Notes under the pieces: model-generated
Databases searched by the model: none
What the model saw: only the letters and a program-made list of their open reading frames with translations
What the model was told of the DNA's origin: nothing
IMG/VR virus record: IMGVR_UViG_3300042898_002514
Reading direction: 5' to 3' (one strand)
DNA: 64,000 bases
Source of the DNA: a virus
Part shown: piece after piece, positions 5,732 to 13,805 of the stretch
Layout: each line of letters begins with the position of its first letter
Numbering within the stretch: position 1 is the stretch's first letter
Made by a program: the position numbers and the translations under genes

Positions 5732-5977
5732 ATGACATCAAGATTAACATCAGAATTAGCAGTAGAACAGATAGGCAATAGGTTTGACTTGGTACTAGTT
5801 GCCAGTCAGCGAGCCCGAGAGTTAAAAAACGGTTCAATGCCCAAAGTCGCTGAACCAGGCAAAACATTTATTTCTACAGCACTTCGAGAGATTGAAGAAG
5901 GCAAGTATACCTATAAAGATTATATTAATAAATTACCAAAAAAACGTAAAGGACAACGAGATGAATATTTCACTTAG
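5732..5977 (+). CDS. rpoZ: RNA polymerase omega subunit
   Basis: IGNRFDLVLVASQRARELKNG...ALREIEEG signature; GAGG SD. Confidence 0.9.
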   Translation: MTSRLTSELAVEQIGNRFDLVLVASQRARELKNGSMPKVAEPGKTFISTALREIEEGKYTYKDYINKLPKKRKGQRDEYFT

Positions 5978-6533
5978 AAAAGCCAGCGCCCTACAAAACA
6001 GCATCAATGATGCTATCAAGGGCATTAAAATCACAACATCGATTGATCTCAATGAATTTCAAGATGTAGCAGTAGAACTAAAGAATGCCAACGATACGCT
6101 GTTTAACAACGACAGTCGGAGACAACGCCTGCTGTTGGCCTTGTATAACATTCGTGGTCTTGTGGGCAGTGCCAACGCACAAAGCGGCATTGATTTGAAA
6201 TTGGCCACTGCTGCCTTTGTGGACAAACGTGTTGCTCAACTTGAAGGTCTTGTAGTAGATCCTGTAACTAATCTTGCCGTGATCAACGGTAAGTTGGACA
6301 AGATTCGCAACGACAAGAGCGAAAGTAGCCGTAGCCGTATCTATGGATTTAGTGACACAGTGTCTACTAATGTCATCGGTCACGAACAGCTAGATGTGAT
6401 TAGTACAGAGATTAAAAATCTCAAGAAACAAAAGCAGAAACTCAACGATGAAGTACTTGAGTTAAATATCAAAACAGAGATTCCACTCAGTGAAGAAGTA
6501 GTGGCAACATTGCAATCAGAAGGTTTAGTTTAA
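5961..6533 (+). CDS. hypothetical coiled-coil protein
   Basis: 190-aa ORF from ATG 5961. Confidence 0.8.
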   Translation: MNISLRKASALQNSINDAIKGIKITTSIDLNEFQDVAVELKNANDTLFNNDSRRQRLLLALYNIRGLVGSANAQSGIDLKLATAAFVDKRVAQLEGLVVDPVTNLAVINGKLDKIRNDKSESSRSRIYGFSDTVSTNVIGHEQLDVISTEIKNLKKQKQKLNDEVLELNIKTEIPLSEEVVATLQSEGLV

Positions 6534-6535
6534 AA

Positions 6536-6737
6536 ACCCGTGATCCCGTACACGTAATAAACGGGGGTGGGGCAGTCACCATAGAGAGCGCCGGGTATTC
6601 AATGCTATGACCATTAGTTCTCTGAGTTAAGGGATACTAGAACGCATTGGGTGAGGTTTAGCACCTTTCCAGAAGAATAAATGTTATGGACAGAGTAACC
6701 GCTCAGTTCGGGGCTTATGTGGTGTAAGTAGCCGGAC
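6536..6737 (+). ncRNA. candidate ~200-nt structured RNA
   Basis: Non-coding GC-rich gap with stems cccgt/acggg, ggtg/cacc, caatgc/gcattg, ttcgg/ccgga. Confidence 0.45.
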
Positions 6738-6850
6738 ACTTTATTAGAACAAATTAGAATCTTGTAGAAATACTTGATTAGGTTTGGCTTCCCCGGAGCT
6801 CTTTAGCATAGCTATAACTTTTAATATGCCTTAGTTTGTTTTAATAAAGT
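6738..6850 (+). ncRNA. conserved-stem/variable-loop element copy 4 (divergent)
   Basis: actttattagaacaaatta ... tagtttgttttaataaagt, 19-bp stem; core AACAAATTA/TAGTTTGTT covaries with copies 1-3. Confidence 0.5.
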
Positions 6851-6853
6851 TAT

Positions 6854-6929
6854 CGCAGGATGGAGAAGGTGGTATCTCGGAAGTCTCATAAGCTTCAGAT
6901 CGTCGGTTCGACTCCGACTCCTGCAACCA
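6854..6929 (+). tRNA. initiator-type tRNA-Met(CAT)
   Basis: C1.A72 mismatch, gaagt-ctCATaa-gcttc, ACCA. Confidence 0.88.
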
Positions 6930-6934
6930 ATATT

Positions 6935-7084
6935 ATGAAATTATTTGAAGCAACAATCAGAGTCAACGGCAAAGAATTCAAGGATCGTGTTGGTGCAGAA
7001 ACAGCACAGGAAGCAATGAAGCTTCTGCAACAGAGATACGGTCCTAGAGCAGTGCCCTATGTTCCTCATATGATTCCCAATTAA
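6935..7084 (+). CDS. hypothetical protein (49 aa)
   Basis: MKLFEATIRVNG...; between two tRNAs. Confidence 0.6.
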   Translation: MKLFEATIRVNGKEFKDRVGAETAQEAMKLLQQRYGPRAVPYVPHMIPN

Positions 7085-7086
7085 TT

Positions 7087-7163
7087 CGGAGTGTGGCGCA
7101 GTCTGGTAGCGCACCTGGTTTGGGACCAGGGGGTCCAAGGTTCGAATCCTTGTACTCCGACCA
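7087..7163 (+). tRNA. tRNA-Pro(TGG), second copy
   Basis: cggagtg/tactccg, cctgg-ttTGGga-ccagg, ACCA. Confidence 0.93.
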
Positions 7164-7176
7164 ATTTTTTAAATTT

Positions 7177-7773
7177 ATGAAAATAACAAAATGTAATCTA
7201 TTTCCAATTTCACTTTTTGAAGTTTCAGAGTTTTTGACTGTAACTCAGTGCAATGATATTGTCACTTACATACGAGGATTACCTAAAAAACCTTATCCGG
7301 CAATGACTGGGAAATCGTTTACTACATTTAATATTTCTAATAGATTATTAGAAGACATTCAACAACATGTAAAATCATGTGCTAATATGTTATCATCATT
7401 ATCTGATATTGTGTTAGAATATGAAAAAACATCTGGTTACAACTGTGGTAAACTAGGTAATTCTTGGGCTAGTTTTCAATATAAAGATAGTGCATTATTA
7501 ACCCATACTCATTATTCTAGTTTAATATCGGGCGTATTGTATTTGCAAGTAGATAATAATAGTAGTAAAATTATTTTTAATAATGTTAATCCTTTTTTAG
7601 AATATCTACCTAAAAAACATCTTACAACATATACATACAATAAAATGAGTTTCGAACCCACTGTTGGGAAATTAATAGTATTTCCCAGCTGGTTACCACA
7701 TGGTTCAGACACTGAGTTGAATAAGTCGGACGAACGAATAATTATTAGTTTCAATACTGAATTAATAATTTAG
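7177..7773 (+). CDS. putative 2OG-Fe(II) oxygenase (TIGR02466-like)
   Basis: HTH..S.ISGVLYL...GKLIVFPSWLPH...ERIIISFN. Confidence 0.85.
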   Translation: MKITKCNLFPISLFEVSEFLTVTQCNDIVTYIRGLPKKPYPAMTGKSFTTFNISNRLLEDIQQHVKSCANMLSSLSDIVLEYEKTSGYNCGKLGNSWASFQYKDSALLTHTHYSSLISGVLYLQVDNNSSKIIFNNVNPFLEYLPKKHLTTYTYNKMSFEPTVGKLIVFPSWLPHGSDTELNKSDERIIISFNTELII

Positions 7774-7808
7774 TCAGTTTTCTACCAAATTTTTTATAAA
7801 AGGCAACA

Positions 7809-7994
7809 ATGACAAAAGCAGAAAATCAAGCGGCAACAGAAGCAGCGATGGCTGAGTTTCTAGCCAAAGGTGGTGTAGTTCAACAACTAAAACCAAATCA
7901 AAGTGGTAGGGTCGAAGGAGAATCATATTCAATGTGGTCTAAGAAAAAGCCTTCAACTTCACCTTTGGCCAATCCTCCAGAAGACGACGAATAA
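7809..7994 (+). CDS. hypothetical protein
   Basis: AAGG SD; EFLAKGGVVQ motif. Confidence 0.7.
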   Translation: MTKAENQAATEAAMAEFLAKGGVVQQLKPNQSGRVEGESYSMWSKKKPSTSPLANPPEDDE

Positions 7995-8008
7995 ATAGAA
8001 ATAACAAT

Positions 8009-8082
8009 GCGGGGTTCGTATAGTGGTAATACCTCAGATTTCCAATCTGATGCGGACAGTTCGATTCTGTTACCCCGCTCCA
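8009..8082 (+). tRNA. tRNA-Gly(TCC)
   Basis: gcggggt/accccgc, tcaga-ttTCCaa-tctga, TCCA. Confidence 0.93.
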
Positions 8083-8086
8083 AATT

Positions 8087-8665
8087 ATGCACACAGTTAT
8101 TGACAGAAACGATACCTTTAGAAAATTTGACTTTAGTTCTACGATCGGTAAAGAAGATAATACAACTGCCATAGGCATTATAAAGAATATTGTCGCCGAT
8201 GGGAACTATTTTAAAAATAGTCCAAAGTATCAAACCCAAGAAAACATATTTGCAAGACCCGAAGCTGTATGGTTAAAGTACCGTATGAGTTTCTTGTTCA
8301 GTGTGTTTATGTATCTTGGGCGAGAAGTAAAAGTCAATAACATGATGGCCTGGGCATTTATGACCAATCTAGAAGGTGTAGAAGATCGTGAAAAGCTATG
8401 GCACGATCATTGGCATCCTACAAATCCAAATGCCAAGATGCTGAGTGGTATATTTTATCTGCATATTCCCGAGGATGTAAAAGACCGTGATTATTGCGGA
8501 ACTGAAATGGCGCCAAATGGACCCCAAGGCGAAGGAAAGTTCTTTGTTCGCCCTACTGATTACAGTTGGTTGTTGTATCCCAGTAATCAATGGCATCGAC
8601 CGGGCGTGGTCCAAAGCAATGATTATAGATTTATCCTAGCAGTGGACGTAGAATATCTACCGTAA
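8087..8665 (+). CDS. 2OG-Fe(II) oxygenase-like protein
   Basis: WHDH..LSGIFYLH..GTE..LLYPSNQWHRP..RFILA. Confidence 0.7.
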   Translation: MHTVIDRNDTFRKFDFSSTIGKEDNTTAIGIIKNIVADGNYFKNSPKYQTQENIFARPEAVWLKYRMSFLFSVFMYLGREVKVNNMMAWAFMTNLEGVEDREKLWHDHWHPTNPNAKMLSGIFYLHIPEDVKDRDYCGTEMAPNGPQGEGKFFVRPTDYSWLLYPSNQWHRPGVVQSNDYRFILAVDVEYLP

Positions 8666-8727
8666 TAAAACTGTAACAGTCTTTTTGTCTAAAAGACATA
8701 AGTACGCATATAAACTGAAAGAAAAAA

Positions 8728-9162
8728 ATGTTATCCTTTATCACCAATCTCACTGACCCACTCCTAGATTACATAAAGGATGATCCTGTTCGCCCTGAGT
8801 TGCCTAAGGAGTTTAGGGTAGGAAAGAACAAGTTTGTGAGTGCTCTAGTTGATGACATTCCTCGAGCTATGGTATGTGTGAGTTTACACGATTTCATACC
8901 GGAAGATGTCGATGATTTGATCAAAGATACGGAAGTGCCAACCGCAGCAATTTTCTACACCATTTGGAGTTACGCCCCGGGGGCTGGTGTAGAATTGCTG
9001 AGAGCAACTGTAGCAGAAATACAAAAGCAATTTCCCAGCATAGAACGCTTTGTCACTCTGAGTCCAAAGACCGATATGGCCAAGAAGTTTCATACCAAAA
9101 ATGGCGCCGGAGTTTTTAGAGAAAATTTAGACACCGTAAACTACGAGTACGATGTAAAATAA
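8728..9162 (+). CDS. malonyl-CoA-decarboxylase C-terminal-like (GNAT-fold) protein
   Basis: AIFYTIWS..GAG..LL....FVTLSP motif. Confidence 0.6.
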   Translation: MLSFITNLTDPLLDYIKDDPVRPELPKEFRVGKNKFVSALVDDIPRAMVCVSLHDFIPEDVDDLIKDTEVPTAAIFYTIWSYAPGAGVELLRATVAEIQKQFPSIERFVTLSPKTDMAKKFHTKNGAGVFRENLDTVNYEYDVK

Positions 9163-9219
9163 CAACTCTCCCTGACAGGCGGAGTATAATGAGCCAAATA
9201 GTCTGTCATCAACAACACG

Positions 9220-9263
9220 GCCCTGCCCTCTAAGACATAGTACTTAGGGCAGGGTTTTTCTTT
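9220..9263 (+). terminator. intrinsic terminator
   Basis: ccctgccct...agggcaggg stem followed by T-tract. Confidence 0.7.
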
Positions 9264-9265
9264 AT

Positions 9266-9340
9266 CCGGCCTTAGTATAATGGATAATACAGCGGTCTTC
9301 TACACCGTGAATATGGGTTCGATTCCTGTAGGCCGGACCA
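9266..9340 (+). tRNA. tRNA-Arg(TCT)
   Basis: ccggcct/aggccgg, gcggt-ctTCTac-accgt, ACCA. Confidence 0.92.
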
Positions 9341-9341
9341 C

Positions 9342-9415
9342 GCTCTTGTAGTAAAATGGTATTACACAGTCTTGGTAAGACTGAATTTCAAGTTCAATTC
9401 TTGGCTAGAGCACCA
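9342..9415 (+). tRNA. tRNA-Thr(GGT)
   Basis: gctcttg/ctagagc, cagtc-ttGGTaa-gactg, ACCA. Confidence 0.88.
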
Positions 9416-9416
9416 C

Positions 9417-9445
9417 TTGACAACTTAAAGGAAAGACAGTATAAT
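9417..9445 (+). promoter_or_regulatory. sigma70 promoter (leaderless mRNA)
   Basis: TTGACA-17-TATAAT; ATG starts 7 nt after the -10 box. Confidence 0.85.
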
Positions 9446-9451
9446 AGTCGT

Positions 9452-9676
9452 ATGTACAAAGTAATAGAAAAACAAAGCTCAACAGAGTTTGCCAATTTGG
9501 ATTTGGCCTTGACATTTGCCAAAGAATTAAATGTGTTTGTTACCATTCAAGGTGGCGAATTTGAAATCGTAGGGGTGTTTGGTGTAGACAGCATCAAAGA
9601 CGGAAAGTGCCCAGATGGCGTTAAATACGATTGGAATAAATCGAGCCGTATCGGCCGTGTTAAAAAGGAAAGATAA
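9452..9676 (+). CDS. hypothetical protein
   Basis: MYKVIEKQ... ORF starting at the predicted TSS. Confidence 0.75.
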   Translation: MYKVIEKQSSTEFANLDLALTFAKELNVFVTIQGGEFEIVGVFGVDSIKDGKCPDGVKYDWNKSSRIGRVKKER

Positions 9677-9683
9677 AAACTAG

Positions 9684-9902
9684 ATGGCTAAAGAAGATAT
9701 AATCGAATTAACAGGTGTTGTAGAAGAAGTTCTGCCGGGCAGTATGTATAAAGTAAAAATTGAAAACATGCCCAACTTGATGCTGTGTTATACCAGCGGT
9801 AAACTCAAGCAACACAAGATTCGTATCATTCTTGGTGATCGTGTCAAGATAGAAGTTAGCCCTTACGATCTGTCAAAAGGTCGTGTTTCTTATAGATTGT
9901 AA
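9684..9902 (+). CDS. infA: translation initiation factor IF-1
   Basis: MAKEDIIE..GVVEEVLP...SGKL..HKIRIILGDRVKIEVSPYDLSKGR. Confidence 0.95.
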   Translation: MAKEDIIELTGVVEEVLPGSMYKVKIENMPNLMLCYTSGKLKQHKIRIILGDRVKIEVSPYDLSKGRVSYRL

Positions 9903-9945
9903 CAAAAGGCATTATGCCGTATAGAGAAAGAACGGGTACAAAAAA

Positions 9946-10206
9946 ATGAGCATTAGTGATAAAAAGATCTTGGAAGTTGCCAATATATGCTACGCAAATG
10001 TAGCAGGACAATTTGCAATGTTCTGTAATTCAAAGTATCGTGGTCCAAACTTTACATGGTCTGATTTTGCTAGCATGATGGAAAAACAGGCTGAGACATG
10101 GATGATGATTCATCGTGTGCGTGGCTGCAAGGAAGACATTAACAAACAAGCAGCTCAGTTTGCAAGAGAAATTGCAGAACGATTGATTATTAGATCTGAA
10201 TTTTGA
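9946..10206 (+). CDS. hypothetical protein
   Basis: 86-aa ORF in co-directional run. Confidence 0.65.
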   Translation: MSISDKKILEVANICYANVAGQFAMFCNSKYRGPNFTWSDFASMMEKQAETWMMIHRVRGCKEDINKQAAQFAREIAERLIIRSEF

Positions 10207-10218
10207 TAGGAGGCAGAT

Positions 10219-10686
10219 ATGCCGTGGATTGAAAATGTAGCAGCCGCTGACATCCCAACAGGATTCCATCATGCGGCCGGGGAGAATAGTATGTTGATCA
10301 GCATTACTGATCCCGCAAGCTGGCGTCCAGAAGCCAAGCATGAATTCAAAGAGCGTCATGACTTTGAGTTTTTGGACATTGAAGAAAAGGACTTTGCTCT
10401 AGATGAAGCCATGCGTTGTAGTCATGAGCAGGCCGCAGAGCTTGTTCGACTACTGCAACACGCACTAGAAAATCGCATGAATGTGGTTGTTCATTGCTAT
10501 GCTGGCATTTGCCGATCGGGTGCGGTCTGTGAGGTTGGTGTAGCAATGGGGTTTGATGACACTGAGAGATTCCGTGCTCCAAATTTGTTAGTCAAGCACC
10601 GCATGATGAAAGCGTTAGGATGGACATATGATCCAGACGAAAAGCCAAACTTAGATGATTGGCGTACTTTTAGGAATGAACTATGA
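10219..10686 (+). CDS. dual-specificity/tyrosine phosphatase-like protein
   Basis: VVHCYAGICRS (HCx5R) motif; AGGAGG SD. Confidence 0.85.
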   Translation: MPWIENVAAADIPTGFHHAAGENSMLISITDPASWRPEAKHEFKERHDFEFLDIEEKDFALDEAMRCSHEQAAELVRLLQHALENRMNVVVHCYAGICRSGAVCEVGVAMGFDDTERFRAPNLLVKHRMMKALGWTYDPDEKPNLDDWRTFRNEL

Positions 10687-10889
10687 GTATTTCAAGAGCA
10701 GAACAAAGCGTTATCAAGTATAATCTAGAACAGTATCGTTTAGATCAGACTCGTTTGGAAAAACAACGAGAGCAAGATTACGCCAAAAAAATCGAAGAAC
10801 GCAGACTTGATCAAATCATAGCAGAACGAGTGAGCAGAAATCTTCGTTTAGATTTAGACAAAGGTCGTCACATTGATTTAGAATGTTAA
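10683..10889 (+). CDS. hypothetical protein
   Basis: ATGA-coupled ORF. Confidence 0.65.
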   Translation: MSISRAEQSVIKYNLEQYRLDQTRLEKQREQDYAKKIEERRLDQIIAERVSRNLRLDLDKGRHIDLEC

Positions 10890-10891
10890 AC

Positions 10892-11200
10892 ATGAATAAA
10901 TTGCAAGAAAACGGAAAAGTAGGTGTAGTGTATTCTCCCGGATTTGGAGCAGGATGGTATACGTGGAACACAGAATATCCAGAAATTGTTTTTGATCCAA
11001 CTATAGTAAAATATGTGGAAACAGAACGCTGGGATGAACTCAAGGTATATGTAGAGTTAAAGTATCCAGAAATATATGCCGGAGGTATGGACTCATTACA
11101 GGTAGAGTGGGTTCCTGTAGGAGCCCAGTTTAAAGTAACAGAGTACGACGGCAACGAATCTATAGAATATAGAGACAGTGACAATTGGTTAACAGCTTGA
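10892..11200 (+). CDS. conserved phage hypothetical protein
   Basis: YSPGFGAGW ... EYDGNE motifs. Confidence 0.75.
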   Translation: MNKLQENGKVGVVYSPGFGAGWYTWNTEYPEIVFDPTIVKYVETERWDELKVYVELKYPEIYAGGMDSLQVEWVPVGAQFKVTEYDGNESIEYRDSDNWLTA

Positions 11201-11210
11201 AAGGCAAAAA

Positions 11211-11384
11211 ATGGCAGGTAAGGCAAAATCGGTTTATTTGACTATAAACCCAAAAGGTGGATTTACAACAGTATTCCAAAAAGTATTCTTTGATGCTAAG
11301 GCATACAACGATTACGTTAAGTCGGAAGAATTTAAAGCCAAGTGGCCTAAAGAAGAGTTTGATATTGTAAAAGAAACTTATTAA
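11211..11384 (+). CDS. hypothetical protein (57 aa)
   Basis: AAGG SD, MAGKAKSVYLTINPKG... Confidence 0.65.
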   Translation: MAGKAKSVYLTINPKGGFTTVFQKVFFDAKAYNDYVKSEEFKAKWPKEEFDIVKETY

Positions 11385-11399
11385 AGAAAGGAGGCGAAT

Positions 11400-11987
11400 A
11401 TGCCTAGTGTATTCTTAGTAAGCGACACGCACTTTGGACACACAGGTGTATGCCGCTTTACCCGTAACGATGGTGTTACAAAATTACGTCCATGGGATAG
11501 TCCCGAAGAAATGGACGAAGCTATGGTCAAGGCTTGGAACGAACGTGTAAAACCCACTGACAAAGTCTACCATTTAGGTGATGTTGTTATTAACCGCAAG
11601 GCCTTGAAAATCTTACATCGGTTAAACGGTGACAAAGTGTTAATACGCGGTAACCACGATATCTTTAGAGACGAGGACTATCGCGAACACTTTAGAGAAT
11701 TACGTGCCTACCACGTGATGAACGGACTTATTTTAAGTCATATTCCGTTGCACCCAGAGTCATTAGGCCGCTTTGGTACTAACATTCACGGTCACTTACA
11801 CGCCAATCGTGTAATGATGGAACCTGCAGGTAAGTATGGAATTCCTGTAATTGATACTCGCTATCATTGTGTATGTGTAGAACAAACTCCGGATTTCGCT
11901 CCTATCTTGTTTGAAGATGTTATCAAACGTATTGAAGCAGAAGGTGGTACCGTTGGATTTAAGAGTGGCAACGGACCCACAATGTAA
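11400..11987 (+). CDS. calcineurin-like metallophosphoesterase
   Basis: SDTHFGH, LGD, GNHD, HGHLH motifs. Confidence 0.9.
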   Translation: MPSVFLVSDTHFGHTGVCRFTRNDGVTKLRPWDSPEEMDEAMVKAWNERVKPTDKVYHLGDVVINRKALKILHRLNGDKVLIRGNHDIFRDEDYREHFRELRAYHVMNGLILSHIPLHPESLGRFGTNIHGHLHANRVMMEPAGKYGIPVIDTRYHCVCVEQTPDFAPILFEDVIKRIEAEGGTVGFKSGNGPTM

Positions 11988-12058
11988 TTGGTTTCCTGAG
12001 CATGTTTTTCAACACACTATATAGATTTTTATATAATATATAACTGTTAAATATAGTC

Positions 12059-12766
12059 ATGAGGCCAATTGATATTTTATATACACCGTTAGTGTCGCTA
12101 GATTTTCCAACTTATGATTATACAAAGTTGTTATCGTGGGTACATAAATTTTATGTTACTCAAACAATTCAATCTCGACCAGATTCAAGTAAACATATAA
12201 CAGGTGATATATATCCGTGGACTATCATATATGCAAAATACGATAGAGTATGGCGTTTTAATTTTGATAAAGAATTTCCACAATTAGCTTCTTTTTTTGG
12301 AGATGCATACAACTTAGCAACTTCAGAAATCGACTCTGTTGTTTTACTACCAGTAAAAGACAATCATCGTGGATTAGGATTTTGGCACCGTGATCCTGAT
12401 AAATGGGGACTACGTATGTATTTAGAAAACACAGAGTTAGAAAACTCTCTGTTGATTAAACCAACAAAACTTCCACACAATTCACATTCAGAATTACTAT
12501 CAGCAATTGATCCTCTTGGACCTTGGGAATTTATTCAAGATGTACAATATGCGGCTAATATTCCAAATCCGCAACAAGTATTTTATATCAATAACGTGAG
12601 AGCAATCCATGCTGTGAATAAAAATATACCCAGTTCAAAAAGACTTGCTGTAATAGTAAGCACTGGCAAAACCACGTCTGAAATTCCTCAACATCTTCAA
12701 AACTTAATTGTATCTTCTGCCGAACATTATAAAGATTCAGCAATTTATTGGAGTCCAGAAATTTAA
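12059..12766 (+). CDS. 2OG-Fe(II) oxygenase-like protein, family A
   Basis: WHRD...NNVRAIH...KRLAV; C-term SAEHYKDSAIY. Confidence 0.6.
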   Translation: MRPIDILYTPLVSLDFPTYDYTKLLSWVHKFYVTQTIQSRPDSSKHITGDIYPWTIIYAKYDRVWRFNFDKEFPQLASFFGDAYNLATSEIDSVVLLPVKDNHRGLGFWHRDPDKWGLRMYLENTELENSLLIKPTKLPHNSHSELLSAIDPLGPWEFIQDVQYAANIPNPQQVFYINNVRAIHAVNKNIPSSKRLAVIVSTGKTTSEIPQHLQNLIVSSAEHYKDSAIYWSPEI

Positions 12767-12812
12767 TTATCTACCAATAAATAATTATTATATAAGATTA
12801 CCTTTTTTCTTG

Positions 12813-12868
12813 TTAAACGTAAATGACGTAATCTGAATATTTTTGTTTACTATCCTCTAATACAGATT
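12813..12868 (-). repeat. diverged duplicate of the 3' end of the 13806-14411 gene
   Basis: Encodes SVLEDSKQKYSDYVIYV* versus SVLTDSIQKYSDYVIYV* at 13806-13861. Confidence 0.75.
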
Positions 12869-13130
12869 GTTTGTTTCAAATGGAAAATTCAGAACCTGAA
12901 TTTTTAGAATATGGAAATGTCTATAGCTGGGACACAAACCTACCTCATCGAGTATTTCCTGTAAAGAAAAAAACTTTCAACGTATACACGTTGTTCTAGG
13001 ATTTAGTCCTTGGTTCGATTACATCGAAGAAGAAGATGCATGGGTTACTAATGATTTTTTTGGAAAGAAACATCCATTAGACATGTTGATAGGCGGCGAG
13101 TTTCATCCACTCATTAAAGGTTTAGAATAG
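12869..13130 (+). pseudogene. C-terminal remnant of a hydroxylase/oxygenase-like gene, frameshifted
   Basis: LFQMEN..GNVYSWDTNLPHRV, frameshift near an A-run, then RIHVVLGFSPWFDY...GLE*. Confidence 0.65.
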
Positions 13131-13178
13131 CACTAACATTAGGATGCTATACTATTTTTTGATCAATTATTAGATAAA

Positions 13179-13202
13179 AGTATAGGATCAAGATCCTATA
13201 CT
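13179..13202. repeat. perfect 11-bp inverted repeat
   Basis: agtataggatc-aa-gatcctatact. Confidence 0.75.
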
Positions 13203-13231
13203 ACCCGGTGCTTTATATAAATATTTTTATA

Positions 13232-13768
13232 ATGGACAACTACTACCTAATTGATTTTAACAAGAACATCATTGTTGAAAATTTTAAACAAGAAAATTAC
13301 GTTTCAGGTACAGGTTGGTTAACTCATAAGATTCTCAATAAAGAGGATATACTATCACCCGAGATTATTGATTTCTTATCTACGCTAGATATCCCACTCT
13401 TTATTAATTTATTTTACGGTCCTCCTGCTGGTTTAACGTATATTCATATAGATAATCATGCAGGCGGTTGGGCTATTAATTATGCATGGGGGAGTTCTAA
13501 TTCTATTATGAAATGGTACTCAATTAAAAAAGGAAGTACACCTAAAAGGGTATTGACTACTGCTAATACTCCTTATTTTTTCTATACTTCAGATCAAGTT
13601 GAGATTATAGAAGAAACTGAAATTAAAGGATTATGCCTGGTAAGAACAGACATACCACATTCAGTTCATAATTACAGCACTGACAGCGGACGTTGGTGTT
13701 TAAGTATACGATCACTTGTGAAAACTAATATATTAGAAAAACTTTCACCTTATATAATAAGTAGATAA
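13232..13768 (+). CDS. 2OG-Fe(II) oxygenase/cupin-like protein, family B
   Basis: IHID...LVRTDIPHSVHN...RWCLSIR; TATAAATA upstream. Confidence 0.65.
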   Translation: MDNYYLIDFNKNIIVENFKQENYVSGTGWLTHKILNKEDILSPEIIDFLSTLDIPLFINLFYGPPAGLTYIHIDNHAGGWAINYAWGSSNSIMKWYSIKKGSTPKRVLTTANTPYFFYTSDQVEIIEETEIKGLCLVRTDIPHSVHNYSTDSGRWCLSIRSLVKTNILEKLSPYIISR

Positions 13769-13805
13769 AGAAGCTGTTTAGAGAATATTGCTACCTATAT
13801 TTTTA

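Noticed and set aside
1413-6737. tmRNA or RNase P RNA among the ncRNA candidates
   Set aside because: No Ala-type G3.U acceptor with tag ORF, and no GAGGAAAGUCC-type RNase P signature.
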